From: a virus
Lineage: Duplodnaviria; Caudoviricetes
IMG/VR virus record: IMGVR_UViG_3300038675_000236
Coordinates: 1 to 31,943 of that record
Direction: 5' to 3' (one strand)
DNA length: 31,943 nucleotides
Position numbers and translations under genes: made by a program. The notes under the pieces are model-generated. The model was not told the origin of the DNA. It saw only the letters and a list, made by a program, of their open reading frames with translations, and did no database searches. Position 1 is the first letter of the stretch; each line of letters opens with the position of its first letter. Below are positions 19,508 to 26,627 of the stretch, piece after piece.

Positions 19508-20190
19508 AATCGAAGATCTTTAAAATTTATCTTAGGAAAAACTGTTATTGCACTATCTGGACTGCAATTTATAACCTCTACCTTTCCTTTTAAATCATTG
19601 GCTATTGTTGGGTATCCCTTTAAGTGTCGTTGCATTACAGAAGTAGGAGAACTTTTTAACTTTGGATAAAATTTATGCCAATGTTGATTATTATCAGCAT
19701 CTAACTTCATATCAAATCCCAATAAAATAATACGACTTACTCCAAAATGGACAGCTAGATTAATAGCTGCCCCTCCACTATGACCGTTCCAAGCTACTTG
19801 ATTTGAAGAAAAAGATATCCCATACTTCTTTTTAGCATCCCTAGAAATAACCTTAAAAGTACCATTAGTAAAAGGGATACGTTGAGCACAAGTTAAACGT
19901 AATCCACTAAACCGAAGTAAATCGGCTACATTATTTTTACTTCTATAAAAAGAATCATCCCCAAAAAACATACAATCTACCCAATTACCCAATTTATAAG
20001 CCATATTAACGGCTATAATATGCTGGGAATGTATCCTTTCCATATAAGGAGAATATTCTTCCACCGAAGAAACCCCCTTAAATACATTTTGAATTATACT
20101 TTCTGGAACTCCAAACTGCCGTGGAACAGATGCTCCTCCACCAATTATTATGCACTGCCCCCCATCCCAAATGCGAGGAATTGACCACAT
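19504..20190 (-). CDS. Maf/DUF115-like (sialyltransferase-fold-like) putative glycosyltransferase, 228 aa
   Basis: CIIIGGGAS, IIAVN, SGGAAINLAVHFGVSRIILLGFDM and HWH..Y motifs, shared by Maf/DUF115 and Cst-type proteins. Confidence 0.6.
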   Translation of the reverse strand: MWSIPRIWDGGQCIIIGGGASVPRQFGVPESIIQNVFKGVSSVEEYSPYMERIHSQHIIAVNMAYKLGNWVDCMFFGDDSFYRSKNNVADLLRFSGLRLTCAQRIPFTNGTFKVISRDAKKKYGISFSSNQVAWNGHSGGAAINLAVHFGVSRIILLGFDMKLDADNNQHWHKFYPKLKSSPTSVMQRHLKGYPTIANDLKGKVEVINCSPDSAITVFPKINFKDLRL

Positions 20191-20193
20191 TGG

Positions 20194-20586
20194 TTAATTA
20201 TTTAAAGAATTAACCAAAAGAGAAGCCGCAACTTCCCTTAATTTCTTCTCATTGATAGGTTTATTAGTTCTGATATTAATCACATCGTACCACCCAGGAC
20301 TAACCTCTTTTTTCTCATACTGAGTAACTTTATTCTCTAAATCATTAGAATAATTTTTCTCAGTTTTTTGAGTTACTTTTATTTCCTTATAGCCATCCGA
20401 TTCTTCATCCAACGCTTTAAAATGAGTAGGAATTCTAACCTTTATTTCCTCTGGATAGGCTATTATGGTATCCCCCTTTGATGCTACTTCTTCAAATATA
20501 CGTAATTTAGCATTATGAACTTTTACATACCTTGTCTTCCGCCTATCAGGAAACTCTTTAGAAGGAGAAATAATTATCTTATTCAT
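20194..20586 (-). CDS. Hypothetical protein, paralogue of 20606-21127, 130 aa
   Basis: Strong AAGGAGG RBS; shares LRI...AYPE..IPT.FK and GWY.V.N..T.KPINEK.LR...LNN with its neighbour. Confidence 0.75.
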   Translation of the reverse strand: MNKIIISPSKEFPDRRKTRYVKVHNAKLRIFEEVASKGDTIIAYPEEIKVRIPTHFKALDEESDGYKEIKVTQKTEKNYSNDLENKVTQYEKKEVSPGWYDVINIRTNKPINEKKLREVAASLLVNSLNN

Positions 20587-20605
20587 AATACAACCTCCTT
20601 TTTAC

Positions 20606-21127
20606 TCAATTATTTAAAGCCTCCATTAAACTATTAGCATCTTCTAATCGTAAAGATTTCTCATTGATTGGTTTTCCGGTAATCTTATTCACCACATTAT
20701 ACCAACCTTTAGCCGTAGCGGGACGAACTTCATATGATATTTCTTTTTTAGGAATAAGTTTTTCTTGATCTGCCAAAACCATAGCTTGAGTATCCGGATC
20801 GCTAACGCATACAATACTCCGTTTAAATACAGTTGGGATTTGTTCAGGATAAGCCTCAAATACCTCGTTCTTTTTTACTGTCTTACCTAGTATACGTAAA
20901 GTACCAGTCAATAACTTATAACGCAATTTTAAGCGGTTTACGGGCTGAATTATGGCTTCTTGTGACGAAGGAGTGATGATAGGATTTATTGAATGGACTA
21001 TATCTTCTTTAATCTCCATAGCACCCATCACTTCTTCTTTTTCTTCCTTTGGTAAAGTAGATTTTACGGTCGGATTTATGACGGGTTTGCGTACTGGAGC
21101 TTTTTTAGTTTTATTAGTTCGTTCCAT
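20606..21127 (-). CDS. Hypothetical protein directly downstream of the major capsid gene, 173 aa
   Basis: Full ORF on the operon strand; paralogy with 20194-20586 supports coding status. Confidence 0.75.
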   Translation of the reverse strand: MERTNKTKKAPVRKPVINPTVKSTLPKEEKEEVMGAMEIKEDIVHSINPIITPSSQEAIIQPVNRLKLRYKLLTGTLRILGKTVKKNEVFEAYPEQIPTVFKRSIVCVSDPDTQAMVLADQEKLIPKKEISYEVRPATAKGWYNVVNKITGKPINEKSLRLEDANSLMEALNN

Positions 21128-21181
21128 TGCAGTAAAAATTAAAATATGTATGATTAATATTGAAATATATAATGAAAGTAA

Positions 21182-21198
21182 AATCCGTGATTAGGATT
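21182..21198 (-). promoter_or_regulatory. Hairpin AATCC-TAATCAC-GGATT downstream of the major capsid gene (copy 2; extended stem 21171-21207)
   Basis: Minus strand AATGAGGGTAATCC TAATCAC GGATTTTACTTTCATT folds as a long stem with G-U pairs; loop matches copy 1 (TAATCAY). Confidence 0.55.
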
Positions 21199-21239
21199 AC
21201 CCTCATTTTATTTAGCTAATAATAGCTTTCGATCCTCTA

Positions 21240-22328
21240 CTAGGTAGAAGCGAAAGTACCATGAGAAATACCACAATGACCATCCTGATCAGACCGAATT
21301 TGAGGAACAGCGATCGTAAGAACCTTAAATTTAGAAAGGAATTTACCTTCAACCTCCCACTGTACGTTCTGAATCGGCATACCCTGAACCAATCTGACAA
21401 CATCAGAAGTCATCTGTACCAAAAGCACGTTATCTGCGGTAAGCGTATCAACGACTTTTACGCCTTTGATACCAGCAATCTGAAGAATCCGTTCACGGAT
21501 CGTTCCCCCACGATAATCGGTATAATCCTTGTCCAGTTTAGTTTCAAAACCAACAGGGATATATAACATCCATGGTCCAAAATGGAAAGCCTCGATAGAA
21601 GCCTGTTTCATCGTAACTACATCATCTACGATTTCAGCCCCAGTAACATCACTAGCATCCCAAGCCTTAGCCAGGGTGACTTTATTAGTATGGGGATAAC
21701 TGAGGTAACTATAAATAGTACCGCCACCAAACGTATAACTTTCAGACGTAAACAGCATTTTCTCCAATCTATCCGATACTTTACGAGCAGCCCGTTCAGC
21801 CATAGTGGTATCCAACGGATTTCCCAGTGAACGACTAGCGGCTAAAGCACGCGCATTAATTTCATAATCGGCGTGAATAATCGGAATTGGTAAATAATTA
21901 GCCGTAAATACCGGACGATCATTCTCTCCACGAGTAACTCCATCCATTGTTAATACGGCTTCTAATGCATCACTTACATCATGCCATTCTAATACCGTAG
22001 TACCCATAGCATTTCCAAGGTTGTAAACCAACCCATTGTCAATCAGGTCTCTTACCCCATTTAACCGTTTTTCAGCTATTGGAACCAATACCTCATCCAA
22101 CTGTTTCCATTCATAAGGCCTCAACGTAGCATTGGCCTGAATAGGAACATTTCTGTAATTATCTGGATTTTTAGCATCCCCACCTGAAAAAACAGTAATA
22201 TAGGATTTTCCTGTTGCAGGATCCACCCACGGGCGCATTGCCCCGGCCTCTAATTTACCTTGTGTAATCAACTGAGCTACTTCTCCCTGAGAACCACTCT
22301 GTGACATATAATCAAGAATTGCATCCAT
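21240..22328 (-). CDS. Major capsid protein (HK97 fold, encapsulin/linocin-like subfamily), 362 aa
   Basis: ATLRPYEWKQLD, LPIPIIHADYEINARALAASR and FGPWMLYIP motifs; strong AAAGGAGG RBS; TAG TAG double stop; synteny after scaffold and decoration genes. Confidence 0.88.
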   Translation of the reverse strand: MDAILDYMSQSGSQGEVAQLITQGKLEAGAMRPWVDPATGKSYITVFSGGDAKNPDNYRNVPIQANATLRPYEWKQLDEVLVPIAEKRLNGVRDLIDNGLVYNLGNAMGTTVLEWHDVSDALEAVLTMDGVTRGENDRPVFTANYLPIPIIHADYEINARALAASRSLGNPLDTTMAERAARKVSDRLEKMLFTSESYTFGGGTIYSYLSYPHTNKVTLAKAWDASDVTGAEIVDDVVTMKQASIEAFHFGPWMLYIPVGFETKLDKDYTDYRGGTIRERILQIAGIKGVKVVDTLTADNVLLVQMTSDVVRLVQGMPIQNVQWEVEGKFLSKFKVLTIAVPQIRSDQDGHCGISHGTFAST

Positions 22329-22346
22329 TATTTTATCCTCCTTTCT

Positions 22347-22817
22347 TTAAATAATTCTGACTTTAATACGCAAACCAGATACAGGATGCGTTCCACTTGA
22401 ACTGGAAAGGTCCACTGCCTCAATTGCCTGTCCGACAATTTGAGCAGGATAATAAATACCAGTTGAATCCGCAACATACTTCTGAAGATACCCTGCTCCA
22501 GCCGACTCTAAATAATCTCCAATGGCAATATTTTGCCCATCTTCGAGTAAGGCATTTACAATATCACCTCGCCCAGGTACCCACACCTGAACTTGAGCCT
22601 CCTCGGCATAGGCATCATCAATACCCTTGCCTTGTAGTTCATCCTCCAAAGCGAACATAGGTAACACATTCCCACTTTCGGAAGCATGTTTTTTAACCTT
22701 TCCATCGCTCGTTAATTCCACCAGCATTCCAGGAGTAATCGCTTCCGAAGCTGTAAACTCCTCAAATACATCGGAATAATTTTTAATCTTAACTGAATTT
22801 CTAACAACAGTTGCCAT
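22347..22817 (-). CDS. Capsid decoration/cement protein, 156 aa
   Basis: AITPGMLVEL...FALED...IGDYLESAGAGYLQK...IVGQAIEAVD beta-rich pattern; immediately upstream of the capsid gene. Confidence 0.7.
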   Translation of the reverse strand: MATVVRNSVKIKNYSDVFEEFTASEAITPGMLVELTSDGKVKKHASESGNVLPMFALEDELQGKGIDDAYAEEAQVQVWVPGRGDIVNALLEDGQNIAIGDYLESAGAGYLQKYVADSTGIYYPAQIVGQAIEAVDLSSSSGTHPVSGLRIKVRII

Positions 22818-22846
22818 AATTTATATTTCCTTTCATTTTATATTTA

Positions 22847-24529
22847 TTATACTCCTAAAGGAAGCAATTTTTCTTTTGGGCCTTGCTCGTTTGATTGAGT
22901 ATTTAATGCCACATTACCTGCTGCCTGCCCAGAATAATCCACTGCTGGCTTAAATTGACGATTCAATTTTTCCAACATGGTAGTATCAAAACCTTTAAGC
23001 TCATCCTCGGTCCAAGCCCCTTGTTCGGCGTTTGCCATGATATTAGAAATTAATTCTGTCCGGTGCTGAGCATAAAGCTCTGCCCCTTTCTGCATAACTT
23101 CCTTTATCCCATCGGGAGCTATCTCCAAAAAAGCTTCAAAGGTCGTAAGTGTGTCTTTGCGGATATATTCCTCCATATTTACCTGAACAGGAGGATCCAC
23201 AATAGTCTCCTCTGCCTTAGGAGCAACAGGAGTCAGTTTCTCCAATTGCTCTGCGGACATAGTCAACAACCAATCCTTATCATTTGGAGTAAATCGAGTC
23301 TGCTCGTTTCCAATTAACTCAACCACTTTTTCCAAGCAACAAGGCTTACTTTCCTTAACCATTTTTGTTTCTCCTTTGTTACTATTAAAAACAGTACGTT
23401 TCATCGAATTTATTTGAACGTAAGTCACATTCCTCCGTACCCGTATTGGAGTATCTATCAAACTTACCGTACCATCTTCATTTATTTGATACGATTGTTG
23501 AAAAAGCCCATTTTCGGCAGACTCTCCACTCCGTTTACGGTAAACCACAGTATCCTCATATACTTCTTCAAGTATATGGTAAGATTCCTCCGTATCCATA
23601 GCGTCAAGCTTCGATTGCAATTGCATTATCAATTCCTGATAACCCTGCTTGTTATCAGTAATGTCTGATAGCAATGCCTCCATCGCTTGGTGCTTCATTG
23701 TAAGTACTAATTCATCTTTTTTCATGTTTTCATTTTCGTTAATATTACTAATTACTACTTCTACCCCATCGGTGTTACTATCACTATTAACACGCACCCC
23801 ACAACCATCCATCCAACTACAGGCCCCTCGTTGTCCGGGCAATAACGCCAAGTGGTCTGGTCGGTAATTTCTAGCTGTGGCTATGTATTGTTCTTCTTCT
23901 CCATGTTCATTAATATATACTCCTTCTCCCAATTCCTCATCACAAAATACTCCAACAGAAACATCTAAAGGTTTCCCTTCTCGAATATAATCTACGGTCA
24001 TTGGAGAAATGGCTATTAACTTCTGCTCATCTATCCATGCCTCTGCTTTTAATTTCCCATCTTCTATATGAGTGTTAAATATTTTACCCACAGATTGCTC
24101 CAATATTTCGGGGGAATTAGCCGATACATTCATGCCATCAATTTGGGGATGGTAAATCATAACCGGTATCCCATTCCAACAGGCAGGAAATTTATTTAAT
24201 TCTTCTGCCAAATGTAATAATGGACCATGACTTCCACTATGGACTCCTTCTACCATCATTACAACTGGGACTATCATATATTTTCTCCCCTCTAAACTAC
24301 CCGTTTGTATCTTATACAAGGTAGTGGTTGTTGCGTGAATCATCATTGTTTCCATATTATCTACTATTTTATTAGCCTGTTTTATAGCAGAACCAGCACA
24401 TTCATTTTCCTCTCCTCCATCTTTCATACATTTATCCAATACGGTATTAGCAATACGTACCCATTGTCGTTTTTTCTTATCCGACAGCCCCTTCTTAAAC
24501 CGATCCACATCTTTAATTTCCCAAGGCAT
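22847..24529 (-). CDS. DUF2213-like prohead protease/scaffold with N-terminal ChaB-like segment (probable start MPWEIKD, 560 aa)
   Basis: VPVVMMVEGVH, WNGIPVMIYHP, DVSVG and RPDHLALLP...GACSWMDGCG motifs; acidic helical C-terminus. ATG at 24529 follows AAAGGAG and the upstream stop; the track's 24622 start overlaps the previous gene. Confidence 0.8.
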   Translation of the reverse strand: MPWEIKDVDRFKKGLSDKKKRQWVRIANTVLDKCMKDGGEENECAGSAIKQANKIVDNMETMMIHATTTTLYKIQTGSLEGRKYMIVPVVMMVEGVHSGSHGPLLHLAEELNKFPACWNGIPVMIYHPQIDGMNVSANSPEILEQSVGKIFNTHIEDGKLKAEAWIDEQKLIAISPMTVDYIREGKPLDVSVGVFCDEELGEGVYINEHGEEEQYIATARNYRPDHLALLPGQRGACSWMDGCGVRVNSDSNTDGVEVVISNINENENMKKDELVLTMKHQAMEALLSDITDNKQGYQELIMQLQSKLDAMDTEESYHILEEVYEDTVVYRKRSGESAENGLFQQSYQINEDGTVSLIDTPIRVRRNVTYVQINSMKRTVFNSNKGETKMVKESKPCCLEKVVELIGNEQTRFTPNDKDWLLTMSAEQLEKLTPVAPKAEETIVDPPVQVNMEEYIRKDTLTTFEAFLEIAPDGIKEVMQKGAELYAQHRTELISNIMANAEQGAWTEDELKGFDTTMLEKLNRQFKPAVDYSGQAAGNVALNTQSNEQGPKEKLLPLGV

Positions 24530-24530
24530 C

Positions 24531-26627
24531 TTAATCATCTCCTTTCTCCCAAGGCAAACACATGCAACGGCAATTATGAACAACGACGCCCTTGGCAACG
24601 TACGACTCATCTTCTTCAACACTTAAATTGTACATAGGCATTTTTCTTTTCATTTTCCAATGTTTGATAGATTCCACTTCCCAAGGGACAAGTTGATAAT
24701 CCCCGAGATGGTTGCATAAGATTCTTGTTAATTCAAGTTCAATTTCATCAATGTGTTGATTAATTTGCGCACCCGAGTAATGGAGAACAGACCAACCTTT
24801 TTTTTCTAATCTTTCCTGTCTAATCCGTTCTTTTTCCTTATCTTGGTGCCATTGCTCTCCATCGCACTCAATACCTATTTTTAATTCTGGAATTGCAAAA
24901 TCTAAATTATATCTCAAAACTGGATATTGTGAAACGTATTGTATACCCATCTTATCTAAACACAAACTCATTCTTTTTTCAATCCATGTAAAGACTCCAC
25001 TTTTTCGATGTTTAGCCATTCGCACATTCAAACGCTTTTCTGGATGTTCTGCATACAATTTCTCTAATGATTTTCTTGCTTTTTCTTTGACCACCGGATC
25101 TTTCATTGGATTATTGTTTTTCATCCGTTCTGAATTTCTCTTTATGTTTTCGGGTGTATTCGCCGTCAATTGAGCTTTCTTGTTCACTTCGGAGTCCTGG
25201 AAAGGGTGTGCCCCTTTCTTGACCATTTCTCGTATTGCAACATGCGCTTTTTCTGTTATTTTGGAACCGTCACGTTCCCCTGTTGCATACTGTTCAAGCA
25301 TATTTTTCCGCACTTTTTTTGATATATTTTCTCTATGTTTAGGATCATTCCATTGTTTCTCTGTTATATCTTTACTTAAACACGTACGAGAACAATATTT
25401 TCTAAAATAAGGTATTGGTTCCCCACAACGCTTGCACGTATTTCCCAACAGCATTATTTTTTCTCCTTCGACACAATCCTTTGCTGGTTTCCATGTACCT
25501 CCTTCAACAAGTACAGGATGATTCTCCGTCATAGATAAATTAAGACCGCCTTTAAATTTAAAAGTTACAACATTGGCTTGTTCTTGATGTCGTGGTAATG
25601 CGTACACTTTTTTAAATCTGCGTTTATGTGTGAGCACCAAATCTCCGATTTCAACATCTCCAATAGATTTCCAGCCTTCCGATGTATAAATGGGAATCTG
25701 TTTATCAATAAAACAATTTGGGTGAACTGGTATCATACCCTCTACTTCATCTAATGTAAATTTTTTACCCTCTAAAGAAGCGCACACATCACATACCCTA
25801 TCATCGCCTGCAGTAACCCATTCTGCTAATACTCGTATTCCTAAAACTCCCCAATTCCGATACTCTTGAATAGTGGCAACGTGGTGTGCTCGAATCATCT
25901 CTGTACGAGCAATCATTTCCGCCCGTCGTTTAGCTGGTATCCAACGCCCTAAAGAATCTCTCACTCCCAAAGTATCCCCTCTTCCAGTAATCGTAGTTAC
26001 CAATTTACGGGCTACTGTTCTAGGACCATCCCCATCCGCCATTCCTTGAGCAAGTACACGGCTAATTTGCATACCCATAGCATCGGTCACCCCCTTCAAT
26101 TCGTTATATGCCCGGATAAATATCAACCCTACCCGGTCCATATGAAAAACAGTATTCATCGCCACATCTATTCCTCCTGAAGCCTCTATGGAAGGTACAT
26201 CATATCCAGCCCTCTTCAATTCATACCTAGCTCTTAATACCCCTCGTTTATAACTATCCAATAAATACATATCAGTCCAAGCCTCTTGCACGGCCTGTCC
26301 TAATTGACGAGCAAGACCTACTGTTAATATACCTCGATCGACTTGCTCTTGTAACCAAGCCATAAAAGCCTGAATCTTCTCGGCACTAGTAGCAAAAGCA
26401 AAAGCACGGGTGGCTGGAAGTTCTTGAAATACCCCTAAAGAGGAACTCTCTTGCATACCAAAACAATCACGTTCAGTAATCGCCTTATATATTAAAATAG
26501 CAATATCATCAAATCGCTTCCGCATTTCCCTCGCAAAGGCATTGCGTAAAGTGGTAGTTCTAGTAGGATCATACCTTTTTACTCCCCCACTAGTAACTTT
26601 AGTCTCGTATATCGCTATTTCGCACAT
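24531..26627 (-). CDS. Minor head / head morphogenesis protein (Mu gpF / SPP1 gp7-like) precursor containing an intein; 698 aa precursor, 317 aa spliced
   Basis: RRAEMIARTE, EWVTAGDDRVCDVCASLEGK; removing the intein restores IPVHPN-CRC, the family's C-terminal motif. Confidence 0.9.
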   Translation of the reverse strand: MCEIAIYETKVTSGGVKRYDPTRTTTLRNAFAREMRKRFDDIAILIYKAITERDCFGMQESSSLGVFQELPATRAFAFATSAEKIQAFMAWLQEQVDRGILTVGLARQLGQAVQEAWTDMYLLDSYKRGVLRARYELKRAGYDVPSIEASGGIDVAMNTVFHMDRVGLIFIRAYNELKGVTDAMGMQISRVLAQGMADGDGPRTVARKLVTTITGRGDTLGVRDSLGRWIPAKRRAEMIARTEMIRAHHVATIQEYRNWGVLGIRVLAEWVTAGDDRVCDVCASLEGKKFTLDEVEGMIPVHPNCFIDKQIPIYTSEGWKSIGDVEIGDLVLTHKRRFKKVYALPRHQEQANVVTFKFKGGLNLSMTENHPVLVEGGTWKPAKDCVEGEKIMLLGNTCKRCGEPIPYFRKYCSRTCLSKDITEKQWNDPKHRENISKKVRKNMLEQYATGERDGSKITEKAHVAIREMVKKGAHPFQDSEVNKKAQLTANTPENIKRNSERMKNNNPMKDPVVKEKARKSLEKLYAEHPEKRLNVRMAKHRKSGVFTWIEKRMSLCLDKMGIQYVSQYPVLRYNLDFAIPELKIGIECDGEQWHQDKEKERIRQERLEKKGWSVLHYSGAQINQHIDEIELELTRILCNHLGDYQLVPWEVESIKHWKMKRKMPMYNLSVEEDESYVAKGVVVHNCRCMCLPWEKGDD
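24573..25715 (-). mobile_element. Intein (381 aa) carrying a Cys-rich motif and a DUF559/Vsr-like endonuclease domain
   Basis: Block A CFIDKQIPIYT (Cys1 at 25713-25715), block B TENHP, block F YNLSVEEDESY, block G VVHN followed by Cys+1. Internal CKRC...YCSRTC and QYPVLRYNLDFAIPELKIGIECDGEQWH...LEKKGWSVLHY. Confidence 0.93.

Noticed and set aside
10866-20190. Host O-antigen/capsule locus, serotype-conversion cassette or chimeric assembly
   Set aside because: No Wzx/Wzy/Wzz, GtrAB or evident membrane proteins; the island is co-oriented and joined to phage genes by a 3-nt gap and an ATGA overlap. A host-surface or DNA target is not formally excluded.
24530-24622. N-terminal extension MLKKMSRTLPRASLFIIAVACVCLG on the protease ORF, resembling a signal peptide
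   Set aside because: It is an alternate-frame read of the upstream gene's 3' end; the SD-supported start is at 24529.
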